In this document: positions 37,950-49,704 of the stretch, piece after piece
Position numbering within the stretch: position 1 is the first letter of the stretch
How the letters are laid out: the number at the start of each line of letters is the position of its first letter
Assembly (NCBI RefSeq): GCF_004010195.1
Contig: NC_057720.1
Coordinates: 8,935,491-8,999,490 of the forward strand
DNA length: 64,000 nucleotides
Direction of reading: 5' to 3'
Source: Chiloscyllium plagiosum
Taxonomy: Eukaryota
Notes under the pieces: generated by a model
Databases searched by the model: none
What the model saw: the letters and a program-made list of their open reading frames with translations, nothing else
What the model was told of the DNA's origin: nothing
Translations under genes and position numbers: made by a program

Positions 37950-38600
37950 GAGAATACTGAAGATGTGAAATAAAAACTAAAACTGCTGGAGAAACTCAGC
38001 AGGTCTGGCTGCATCAATGGAGAGAGAAATAGACTCAACATTTTGAGTCAAGTGATCCTTCTTCAAAACTGATGGTAGCTCAGAAAAGGTGGTATTTATT
38101 GGGGAGTTGAAACACAGCCTGGTAACTTCTTTGTACAATACTTAAAATGACCCTGAGCTTCCAGTTACCTGCCACCTGAGCATCCCACCCTGTTCCCTGG
38201 CCAAAATCTCCATCTTGGGTTTTCTGTGGTGCTCCAGCAAGCTGGAAAAGTAGCAACTCTTCTTCGGCTTGGGCACCTTGCAGCCTTCCAGATTCGATAT
38301 CCAGTTTAATCATTTCATTCAGTCATTCATGTCTTTTGGCCACCTCACCCACCAGGCCCTGTCCTGCCATGGATTGCCAATCCATTTTCACACACTCATA
38401 TTAGCTTTTCTCCTTCACTGGTTTAGTATCTTTTGTCTACCTAACTGTAAAACTCTCACTCTGGGCTCTATCTTCACCCTATCTGCTCACTCCTTTCCCC
38501 CACCCTCTGACATCAGCACAAATGCCATCTTTTCCTAGCTACAACCGTTTCTGAAGAAGGGTCACTGGAGTGAAATGTCAACTCTGCTTTCACTCCACAT
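37950..38600. mobile_element. PLE family 2 element: inverted terminal repeat + GIY-YIG end + terminal repeat
   Basis: GTLQPSRFDIQFNHF on the plus strand; CTGAAGAagggtcactggagtGAAAtgtc at 38551-38580; inverted copy at 37950-38080. Confidence 0.75.
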
Positions 38601-38654
38601 ATTTAAGATGATTGGTTAAGAAATTAATGGTGACACAAGACCAAATGTAATGGG

Positions 38655-39000
38655 AGTCAATGTCTGGACCATTACTGCTGGACTGTTAATCCAGAAACGC
38701 AGTCTTGTTCTGGCTCCGGGATTCAAATGGCAGTTGGTAGAATTTCAATAAAAGTCTGGAATTAAGAGTCTAATGATGACCATGAATCCATTATCGATTG
38801 TCAGGGAAAAAACCCATCTGGTTCACAAACGATCCTTTAGGGAAGGAAACTGTCATCCTTGCCTGATCTGGCCTACATGTGACTCCAAACCCACAGCAAT
38901 GTGGGTGACTCTTAACTGCCCTGTGGAGTAACTAGGGATGGGCAATAAATGCTGCCTAGCCAGCAACGCCCTCATCCTGTGAATTTTTTTTAAAAATAAA
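38655..39000 (+). mobile_element. tRNA-SINE family B
   Basis: ggactgttaatccaga...tttagggaaggaaactgtcatcc...gggcaataaatgctg. Confidence 0.78.
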
Positions 39001-39439
39001 ATCACGTGAGCTGAAAGGTCTTAGTTTTGTGAAGTCTCTGAGCTGGGAGTTGTCACAACTGAGAAGAGGTTCAGAAGAATAAAATAAAGGCTAAATACTA
39101 ATTGAAAGAGCTGCGATAGGAGTGATGCTTTGCTGGGGTTTGAGTTTCTGTTGTAGACATTGTTTCAAAACAGTTTGAAAGTTGTTTTTGTTGTTTATAT
39201 TAAGATCATTCTGAAGTGTAGGTATTTGGGATTGTTAGATTTGTTTTAATTCTTTTGTGTAACAAACTTATGAGCTTTTTGTTAAATAACATTTACTATC
39301 TTGAGTGAATGTTGTTCAATTACTGACTACCCCATTAATCAACTGCAAATCTGTTAAACACATGATCTATCGAGCCAAGTTTTACACTGGGATCTGACTT
39401 GTCTGGTATTACTATCAACTGGGATCAGAGCTCTAACTT

Positions 39440-39778
39440 ATTTAGGATAATTAGTGTGAAAGTATCTGCCAAGTATTGTTCATGCCTAATTGCTCTTGAA
39501 CTGAATGGCTTGTGGGCAGTTATGAGTCCACCATGTTGCAGTAGATCTGGAGTCACACGTACGTCAAACCAGGTAAGGATGGCAATTTGCTTTCCTAAAT
39601 GGGTTTCTCCTGACAATTGACGATGATTTCATGGTAATCATTAGACTCTTAATTCCAGGTTTTATTGAATTCAAATTCCACCATCTTCCATGGCAGGATT
39701 GGAACCTTGGTCCCTAGGATGTTACCTGTGTCTCTGCATTAAAGTCTTGCGATAATGCCACTAGGCCATTGCGTCCCT
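39440..39778 (-). mobile_element. tRNA-SINE family B
   Basis: Homologous to 30280-30635; further copies at ~43210-43500 and ~47985-48220. Confidence 0.78.
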
Positions 39779-39811
39779 GATTGGTTCCTTTGAACTAAAG
39801 CTGGATCTTCC

Positions 39812-40138
39812 TTAGATTAGGTTCCCTACAGTGTGGAAACAGGCCCTTCGACCCAACAAGTCCACACTGACCCTCCGAAGAGCAACCCACCCAGTCCCAT
39901 TCCCCTACGTTTACCCCTGACTAATGTACCTAGTACTACGGGCAATTTAGCATTGCCAATCCACCCTAACCTGCACATCTTTGGACTGTGGGAGGAAACC
40001 AGAGCACGCGGAGGAAACCCATGCAGACGCGGGGAGAATGTGAAAACTCCACATAGACAGTCACCCGAGGCTGGGGTTGAACCTGGGTCCCTGGCGCTGC
40101 GAGGCAGCAGTGCTAACCACTGAGCCACCCTGCCGCCC
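39812..40138 (-). mobile_element. HE1-type V-SINE, well preserved
   Basis: gggcggcagggtggctcagtggttag head, V domain, tail; many CpGs retained. Confidence 0.92.
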
Positions 40139-40639
40139 CTTCTTGGCGGAATCTGTCCTTCCTTCTGAATTGAACTCCTGTGTCTTCTGCACTGTAGTTA
40201 TCAGATGAACAGATGGCCCTTGGTCTGTTTTCTCTGCTCGTTGTAGACACAGCTAATATCCTGTTAGACACGAGGCTGCATTGCATGCTTTCTTGGAAAG
40301 TATGTTTTTAGGTCACTGTTCTAAATGAATTTCTGATCCTTTAAAAAGAAGAATCTTCACAGAACTGACCAAAATGCATGAGTTTATTTTAAAAGTTCAA
40401 ATTCTAAATATGTTGTTAATGCATCATGCACATTTAAGCAATCAAGAATATGATATGAATTTTAATAAAACAAAGAACTACATATGCTGGAAGATCTGAA
40501 ACAAAAATAGAAATTTCTGGAGAAGGCTGCACTGGTAGCACAGGTGGAGAGAGAGAGACAGTTAATGTTTGGGGTACAGTGGCTCTTCACTCTATTTTCT
40601 CTCCACCAATACTGCCAGACCCACAGGCATAAAGTATAC

Positions 40640-40990
40640 TTTTTACAACTCAAGTTGTCCCAAAGCACTTCACAGCCAAGAGCATTTTGACCTATAATCA
40701 CTCCTGTGGTGTTGGAAGCACAGCAACCAATGTGCACTCTGTCCAAGAGCGACAGTGGCCAGATCATCTGTTTGTGGCGTTGGTGAAATATTGGCCAGGA
40801 GGAAACATTTGCTCTCCTTCCAAATGGTGCACTTGAAGGCAGCGAGAGAGTCAGTTTAACATTCTACCTCCTCCAGTGTAACACTCCCTGAGCACTACAT
40901 CAGAACGACAGAGTGAAGTCTCCTGAGTGGCGACTTGAGCTCACCACTTTCTGACTCAGAAATGCGGGTGCTTCCCGAGTGAGCTGCAGC
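40640..40990 (-). mobile_element. Decayed Deu-SINE
   Basis: cccaaagcacttcacagccaa, aatattggccagg, ctttctgactcaga in the expected order. Confidence 0.6.
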
Positions 40991-41554
40991 TAACGAGCAC
41001 GATGCAAGAGACAAGAGGATCTTCCTGTGATTTTGTTCGGTAAGGAAGGAAGCCAAGACACAAATAAGGGAACCAGCTGTGCAATGCAATGTCAAAGCTT
41101 TGTCCTGCAGAAATTCAGCCAGATAATTGGCTTATTGGATAGTGTAGGTAATGGGGATTCCACTTTCTGTATTATGATTTTCCTGTCAAAATGCGATTAA
41201 TGCATTTATTAAGCAAGTAGTGTTACACTAATACTGCCTGTTATGACTCTGGCTGACCAAACTCTGCTTCGATTGATGAGCTACTAAATGGTTTTCTGTT
41301 TCGACTATTCCTTGCAGAACAAGACAGCTCACTTTAATCTGTACAATGTAATTTGCTTTCTCAGATTCTTGTCCTAACTGTATTTACTGACAGGAATTCA
41401 GTTACCAGACTCACAATTGCCCGCCCTGGTTCAAAATGTAAGTCAAAACCATGAAGTTTAACAAAAATGGACCTCACACAATTCCACCCAATTTCATTTA
41501 AATTTAATGAGTGAACAGTGAAAAGAATCATTTTACCACGATCAAAAGTGTTTT

Positions 41555-42412
41555 AAAGTGGTGGTTGACCCCCCCGTTCTAAGAACTAAAACCAAAACAC
41601 CCAAAGAGGAGTGCCTTGCCACATAATCTATAAAAGAAGTGTGAAAAATGGTATAATCTGCTTTTTAGCAACTTCTAGTAGTTAAATAAAATAAATCCCT
41701 GACACTTACTTTAAAATCAACAAGTAACAATTTAGTTATCTAACTCTAACAGTGAACATATTAACTAAACTATTAACAAACCAAATAAAACCTTTGTAAT
41801 TACTAACCATTCCCGAATAAAGCAAGATTTTAATGGTATGTTGTTCCAATAAATATAAGTCTCAAACTTATTAAAAAAATGAATTTAGTCTCTCGAAATT
41901 ACAGCCAGATGACATGTCTTCGGGAATGTTCTTTGCATCTTCTGTCGGGAATATTGACCAGTTGTGCCTATGGTACCATTGTTATTTGAATGGTGCTTTC
42001 TCTAAGACATAGATGAAGCTGTGAGAGCCAGTAATTCTCTCTTGAGAGCTGAAAGTCGTTAGATCTGGCAGATGGCAGCCAGCTCTGGGGTCTTTGTCTG
42101 ACTGCTGTCATCATTTTACACCCAGGATAACATGTCAATATTTCCTCAATAGGATTGGTATTATGTTGTCAAAACCATCAGAATTAAATTTAATAGGTTT
42201 CTGGTATCTAAATACCTTGTTCAGATTAATTTGGTAAATTCAAAATCCTGGTAATAAGCTGCTTGGCCTGCTAAATGTATGGCTTTTTGATACAAATATT
42301 TCAATTCAAGGTCTCTCTTTATACTCGCAAACTTTTAAACTGCTGCTCACAGACTTTCATTTTAAATCTCTAAACACAGAAAGGCACATGATCTTTTAAA
42401 GGGACTACACAA
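41555..42412 (-). mobile_element. Putative solo LTR-like repeat related to 5055-6352
   Basis: Collinear shared motifs; see 5055-6352. Confidence 0.45.
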
Positions 42413-42782
42413 TGCTTCACCCCCAGCACTTTACAAACACCAAATTCTAACTTCCTGCCTCCCAATCTATAAGTACTCTGCCTAACTTTGCAATAAAAAA
42501 AACTTCTGCTAATTGACCAAAAATCATTTTCAGGACAGGAAGAACTCACAAGGATCCACACATGATAATTGGCGGGGTGGGGGCTGTGGTGATTGCTCTG
42601 TTGGGTAAATGAAGAGGCTATTTTGTGCACAGTGAGATCCCATAAAATAGCAGTGTTTATGAAGAACCTGTTGACCTCTTTTTGTTTCAATGTGTCTACC
42701 CCTCAAAATTGGCTGTAAAATGCTTCAGGATATCTTTGCAGAGAAAGGCAAAAGTCCCTCCAATTTTCTTTCTCTTTCATAG

Positions 42783-42912
42783 ACCACTGGGGCCGAATGT
42801 AGCATTGACGTCTTGAAACCAGATGTGAATTTATCGTCATGCCGACTGGAATCTCTGAGCACACCGTGCAGCTGAGAGGATGGTTTAATGGATATGTATA
42901 TCAGCCTTGGAA
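42783..42912 (+). other. Candidate 130-bp exon of an unidentified transcript
   Basis: Acceptor ttttctttctctttcatAG; donor AA|GTAAGC; all frames have stops; internal ATG at 42839 is open to the donor. Confidence 0.3.
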
Positions 42913-43511
42913 GTAAGCAGTATCGTCATTATGATTTTAATCATCACACGTTAGTTCTTTGTTAAGAAATTAGATCCTGTACAGCGCAGAGCATGATCTG
43001 TCTTGTATTTCAAATTGTTTTAATTCTTTTTTGTGTGATAAACTTACGTCCCTTCCGTAAAGAACATTCATTGCCTTGATTGAAGATGGATCAATGACTA
43101 ACCGTCACTTTAATCAACTGCAAAAATATTAAACTATGTCTATTAAGCCAGGATTCACATTGGGATCTGACTTGTCCTATACCATCAACTGGGACCATAA
43201 CTCTTTAATTTATTTAGAATTCATTGAATGTGGAAGTCACTATCAAGGCTGACAATTATTGCCCCTTCCTAATTGATTTTGAACTGAATGGTTTGAGGGC
43301 AGTTTAGAGTCCAACACATTGCTGTAAATCTGGAATCACATATCCCAGACGAAGTAAGGATGATATTTTCCTTCCCTAAAAGGCATCAGTGAACCAAATG
43401 AATTTTTGGACAATTTACAATTGTCACATGGTCACCAGTAGACTAGCTTTTCAAATTCAAATATCACTATTTTTGTAGCCATACCATCACATGCAGTGGA
43501 ACAATTGACAT

Positions 43512-43820
43512 TAGAACATAGAATATAGAACATAGAATAGTACAGCACAGGAATGGGCCCTTCGGCACATGATGTTGTGCCAAACGTGATGTCAAATCAA
43601 ACTAATCCCTTCTGCATGCCCTTGGCCAGTATCTCTCAATTCCTTACATATTCATGTGCTTACCTCATGGTCCCTAAATACCCTTATCATATCTGTCCTC
43701 ACCATCACCCCGGCAGCACGTGCCAGACTCCTACCACTCTCTGTGTAAAAATCCTGCCCCTCACATCTCCTTTGAACTTTGAACCCATCTCACCTTAAAT
43801 GCCTGTCCCCTAGTATTTAA
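43512..43820 (-). mobile_element. CR1 LINE 3' end
   Basis: (catagaa)n tail; tgtgtaaaaatcctgcccctcacatctcctttgaac. Confidence 0.8.
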
Positions 43821-45111
43821 CAATAATCATTTTTTAACATATTATTTCTTTCACAGTCATCATTATTTAGCAATAATCTAAACGTCTGGCCTGAGCTTGT
43901 GTGAAGACCAGAATGATCCACATTAGAACCCAATCTGACAGCGCTGACGTTATGGAAGGCATGATGTAAATGTAAGTTTTTCTTTCTTTTCCCACCAATT
44001 GAAACCCCTCAATCAAGGCTAATGTTCTCATGAAAATTTTTAATGTTGTCAAAGGCACCACATCAATATCAGCACATGCTGGCTGTTCATTCTTTCTTGT
44101 TGGTTACGGGACAAAGTTCTGCTAGGTCTTTGGATGAGCTTCTCATTCCATTTCAAATAGTGGTTTCCAGTGAATCACCAGAACAGAAGATACGACATTG
44201 CCTTAATGTCTCAACAAGTGAAGACACTCTCAGCAATGCAGTGTTCCAGCAGTACTGCATTCCAAGAGTTTGATCAATTAGTACAACCCGAGCCACATAT
44301 TAAATTGTTAAACAGTGGGATTTGATTGTTCAGAATGGGTTTATCCTTTTCCGTACAAGTTGAATGATTTAGAGGTAATCTAAAAGCGTTTAATATTATA
44401 TAATATTTCAGTGTGGTCGATAAAGTTCCTCTGGTATAATAGAGTCATTGAGTCATACAGCACAGAAATAAACCCTTCAATCTCAAACTAAACTAGTCCC
44501 ACCTACTTGCTCTTGATCCATATCCCTCCAAACATTTCTTACACAAATTTCTTATACATGTTCTTACACAAATGTCTTTTAAACATTGTAACTATCCCTG
44601 CATCCACTATTTTCCCTGAAAGTTCCATGCAAAATAATGGAGCAGAATCTTAAAACTGAAGGTATAAGTTCGAATCTTAAAGCTGAAGATCCCTCCTTAA
44701 CAGCATTGTGGGTCAACCTACAGCACATGGACTGCAGCGGTTCAAGATGGCAGCTCACCACCACCCTCTCAAGGGCAACAAGGGACAGGCAATAAATGCT
44801 GGACCAGTCAGCAGCACCCACGTCCACAAAGAAGAAGGGTCTGATTTTGCACAAAGGGTCTTGGAGATCTCAGTGTGTTTGTGGATGCTGGATCAATTTA
44901 ATTTTCCAATCCAGAGATCAATACTTCTATATTAGTAAGGAGTATCGAGGGATATGGGTCAAAGGTGGAAAATAAAGAAATTGAAAGGGAGATCAGCCAT
45001 GATCTAATTGATGGGCTCAGCAACATTGAGAGGCTGAATGGTCTTCACCTGTTGCTAGGGAATAAGGTCTGAAAACACCAGCTTTTTGATCGAGGATATC
45101 CTCATAAGGAG

Positions 45112-45294
45112 AGAGTGAGGACTGCAGATGCTAGGGATCAGAGCTTAAAAATGTGTTGCTGGAAAAGCGCAGCAGGTCAGGCAACATCAAAGGAGAAGGA
45201 GAATCGACGTTTCGGGCATGTGCCCGAAACGTCGATTCTCCTTCTCCTTTGATGCTGCCAGACCTGCTGCGCTTTTCCAGCAACACATTTTTAA
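45112..45294. mobile_element. PLE family 1 near-perfect fold-back element
   Basis: 74-bp arms (45145-45218 / 45221-45294) with 2 mismatches; TSD atcctcataaggag at 45098-45111 and 45295-45308. Confidence 0.92.
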
Positions 45295-45899
45295 ATCCTC
45301 ATAAGGAGCCAAGCTGAGAAGTTAGCTATGTCAGACATTTATCAAAACCAAGCAAATCTGACATTCCCTTTTCACTGCACAGCAATCCTGCACAAAATTC
45401 AAACCAGAGTAGAACTCTTTTGATCATTCTCAAAAGCTTTTTTTTGCATATCAATGTGATTTAGGTGATCCGCCACTCCAGTAATTTTCTGTGGCACCAA
45501 TTACTAAGCCATGAAACATATTAATCACAGATGTCATGTAATAATCCTTAACTCTAATATTTTATTGACTCCCAAGAACTTGGCAGTCTAGACATTATCA
45601 AAAGTCTGGAAAATCCAATTGATCCAAACTTTACCTCACTCAGTAATTTTACTTTTAATCTCTTTCGATTTATAATGTCAGCCATGGATCAGTTGATTGT
45701 CCTCTTGCCTAGCTCAAGTCAGGAGGTACAAACCCAAGCAGAAACATATAAAATAGGAGCTGGCATAGGCCATTCAGCCCTTTGGGCCTGCCCCCCCTAT
45801 TCAATGTGATCATGATGATCATCCAGCTCAGACCCTGTTCCCACTTTCTCCCCATATCATTTGATCTCTATAGCCCTAAGAATTATATTTAACTCCTTG

Positions 45900-46103
45900 A
45901 AGTCAGAAGTCACAAGACACCAGATTATAGTCCAACAGGTTTATTTGAAATCACAAGCTTTCAGAGCACTATCCTTTTGTCAAGAGATAAAGGAGCAGCG
46001 CTCCAAAGGTTTGTGATTTCAAATAAACCTACTAGACTATAACCTGGTGTTGTGTGACTTCTGACTTTGTCCACCCCAGTCCAACACTGGCATCTCCACA
46101 TCA
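45900..46103. mobile_element. PLE family 3 fold-back element nested in a CR1 3' fragment (45745-46180, minus)
   Basis: Arms agtcagaagtcaca...cacaagctttc / aaaggtttgtg...tgtgacttctgact; decayed hammerhead-like ggagcagcgctcc stem followed by GAAAGCT; TSD taactccttg at 45890-45899 and 46104-46113. Confidence 0.75.
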
Positions 46104-46429
46104 TAACTCCTTGGAAACATTCAATGCTTTGTCCTCAACCACTCTCTGTGGCACAGAGCTTCAGAGGCTCCCCACACTGGTGTGTCAAGACCACCTCAGA
46201 AACGTAAGCACAGAACAAAAGTTGACATTCCAATGTAGCGTGGCACACTTTCCAGTGGCAATGCTACCTGCTGGTTTAATAATGAATCTGAGAAGCCTTG
46301 GGTAGATTTGCTGTCACTAACCTTACTATTGATTTGTCTAAATCACTGATAACAAGTGGGGAAGGGTGGCCACACAAAATCTTCAACAGAGGATAGGCTC
46401 GCTCTTGATAAACGGTCAACATTTATAAG

Positions 46430-46960
46430 CACGGCAAACCTTGTTTTATCTGGCACTTTATAAACTGGCACCCTCAATAAACCAGCAAGAGTTATATTCC
46501 TGAAAAACCAGAAGTTTACTGTATTATTGCAGTCTCCACAATGTCAGAGTAGTCAGCTAAGCATATGAGTGAGAAGGCGCTTGCAGGCAAGTTTTATTGA
46601 AGGAAATGTTGCATTGTGATATAAGTGATATGCTGTAAATAAAGTCTCACAGTGATAGGTCAGGATTAGAGTGATGCTGGGTCTTCATCCTGATGAGGAG
46701 CTTTTGCCTGAAACATCGATTTTCCTTCTCCTCAGATGCTGCCTGACCTGCTGTGCTTTTCCAGCACCACTCATCTTGACTCTAATCTCCAGCATCTGCA
46801 GTACCCACTTCCACCTATAACAGTGATGGGTATACGCTGCATTTTTATTCTATTACTTAGTGTGTATTTTCATATTGAATATGTGGATCTCTTGATTAAT
46901 GGGAATATTTGACCAACTGGCACATTGGTGCTGTTCATGCCAGTTAATAAAAACTTCAGT
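46430..46960. mobile_element. Possible decayed pogo/Tigger-like MITE containing a PLE insertion
   Basis: Weak terminal inverted repeats (cggcaaaccttgttttatctggca / tgccagttaataaaaacttcag). Confidence 0.3.
46661..46819 (+). mobile_element. PLE family 1 terminal repeat with short inverted tip and hammerhead motif
   Basis: atcCTGATGAggagcttttgcctGAAAcatcgat; TSD acagtgat(a/g)ggt. Confidence 0.8.
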
Positions 46961-47014
46961 TATTTTGGTAAGATTAAACTTTCAGGTTTGTCAGCCAGGC
47001 ATGTCATGTGGCAG

Positions 47015-47910
47015 CATGACTTTGATCAGCTGGACAGGTTGGCCAAGAAATGGCAAATGGAGTTTAATATGGATAAGAGTGAGGTCTTGCACTTTTTTTT
47101 TCTTTGGAAAGTCAAATCAAGGTAGGAGTTTCATAATGAATAGTAGAGCCTTAAGGATTGTAGTGGAATAGAGGGACCTTGGAGTCAGATGCACAGTTCT
47201 CTGAAAGTGGAGTCACAGGTAGATGGGGCAGCGAAGAAGGCTTTTGGCACACTGGCCTTCATCAGTCAGGACACTGAATATAGAAATTGGGATGTTTTGT
47301 TGCAGTTATACAGGACATTGGTGAGGCCGCACTTGGAGTATTGTGTTCAGTTTTGGTCACCTTGTTATTAAACTGGAAAGAGTGCAGAAAAGGTTTACAA
47401 GGATGTTGCCAGGACTCAATGGTCTGGGTTATAGGGAGAGGTTGGACAAGCTGGGACTTTGTTGTTTAGCGTGTAGGAGACTGAGGTGATCTTATACACC
47501 TCAGTCTCCTATCATGATCTTATACACCTCCTTATAGAGGTGTATAAGATCATGAGAGGCTTGGATAGGGTGAATGCACTCAGTCTTTTTCCCACGGTTG
47601 GGGAATCGAGGACAAGAGGGCATCAGTTTAAGGACAGAGGGGAAAGAATAAAAGGGAACCTGAAGGGCAACCTTTTTACACAAGGGTGGTACACATATGG
47701 AATGAGCAGCCAGCGGAAATGGTTGAGGCAGGTGCATTAACAGGAATTAAAAGGCATTTGTACAAATACATAGATAGGAAAGGAATTGAAGGATATGGGC
47801 CAAATGCAGTGAAGTGAGATTAGTGTGGATGGACATTTTGATCGGCATGGACTAATTTGTGCCAAAGGGCCTGTTGACATGATGTAAAACTCTATGACTC
47901 AATAACTCAA
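47015..47910 (+). mobile_element. HER1/CR1 LINE 3' fragment
   Basis: DQLDRLAKKWQMEFNMDK; LYRTLVRPHLEYCVQFWSP; tail. Confidence 0.88.
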
Positions 47911-48848
47911 TGACACGTGTTTGTTCAAAGCTACATATATCAACACACAGAGTCCTGTACTTTGAAAACAGAGCACACATGTCGATACACATGTAGACCA
48001 GATCTGGTAAAGACAGCAGATTTCCTTCCTTGAGAGACATGAGGAAACCAGATGGGTTTTTTTTATAACAACAATGATAAAAAGCTTTACGGTCTCTCAA
48101 TCCCATATTGAGTTCAAATTCTATCTTCTGCCATGGTAGGATTTAAGCCCATCACCATAGAACATTTGCAACATCTCTTGATTAATAGCTTAGTGATAAC
48201 GCCACAAGATCATTGCCTTTACACAAAATTGCGAATATTTACACATCAGACAAGCTTACTAAAAAAAATATGCTCGTATAAAATGAGATTCTAAGGCTGT
48301 CTATCAGCACATAAAGAGCAAATAGGGTGGGTAAGAAAAGATGAAGTCAATTAGTGGCCAAAAATGAGAATCTATGTGTATAGATACACTGCATCAAGAG
48401 GCAAGACTGAGGTACCATGAGTACTCTGCATCTGAATTGGACAAAACAAGAAGTTGTTACTCAATTTGGAATGGAAGAGGCTTCAGTTGAGACACTGGAT
48501 GGAGTAGCAATTGATAAAGAGGAGATATTAGAAAGGATTGCTATAATCAGAGTTTACAAAGCGCTATGACTGGTTAGGATGCATCCAAACTGAAAACTGA
48601 GAGAAGAGAATAAATTTCAAAGTCTCTGGCCATAGTCTTCCATCCTCCTTAGGCTCGGAGTAGTGAAGATGAAGGACTGGAGGATCACAACTTTAATCAA
48701 AAAGAGGGGGTGAAAGGCCTCAACCAGCAACTATATGCCAACTAGTTTAACGTCACTTTTAGAAATAATTATCCAGGACAAGGTCATAGCTACATTGCCA
48801 CAAATGTGGATTAATTAGACAAAGCCAGCTTGTGTTTGTTAAAGGCAA

Positions 48849-49440
48849 GTCATAGAGTCATAGAGATGTACAGCACGGAAACAGACCCTTCGGTCCAACT
48901 CATCCATACCAACCAAATATCCCAACCCAACCTAGTCCCACCTGCCAGCACCCAGCCCATATCCCTCTAAACCCTTCCCATTCACATACCCATCCAGATG
49001 CCTTTTAAATGTTACAATTGTACTAGCCACCACCACTTCCTCTGGCAGCCTATTCCACACCCGCACCACTCTCTGTGTGAAAACATTGCCCCTTAGGTTT
49101 TTATAAATCTTTCCCCTATCACCTTAAACACCTATGCACTCTAGTTCTGGACTGTCCTACCTTAGGGAAAAGGCCTTGTCTATTTACTCTATCCATGCCC
49201 CTCATGATCTTATCATCGTCTATGAGGTCACCCCTCAGCATCCACCACTCCAGGGAAAACAGCCCTAGCCTATTAAACCTCTCCCTCTAGCTCAAATCTT
49301 CCAACCCTGCAACTTACTTATAAATCTTTTCTAAACCCCTTCAAGTTTCACAACATCCTTCCGATAGGAAGGATACCAGAATTGCAGGCAATATTCCAAA
49401 AGTGGTCCAACTAATGTCCTATACAGTCGCAACATGACCT
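48849..49440 (-). mobile_element. HER1/CR1 LINE 3' fragment
   Basis: (catagagt)n tail and RT C-terminus. Confidence 0.88.
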
Positions 49441-49704
49441 CCCTTGTTTCATAAAGGAACAGAAAGGTTGATGTACACTGGTTAACAAACCAGAAAGGTT
49501 AACAAACACTGTTGTTGATGTGCACGTAGATTTCCAAAAGGCATTTGACAAAGTGCTTGCCAGATATACTGAAGCCCATGAACAAATGAGAAAGTAACAG
49601 TATGACTATCAAATTAGCTGAGTGACCAGTAATAAATATAAATAGACATTCATTTTTCAGACTGAAGGTATATAGTAGGTTTGCCCCAAGAATCCAAGTG
49701 TCCA

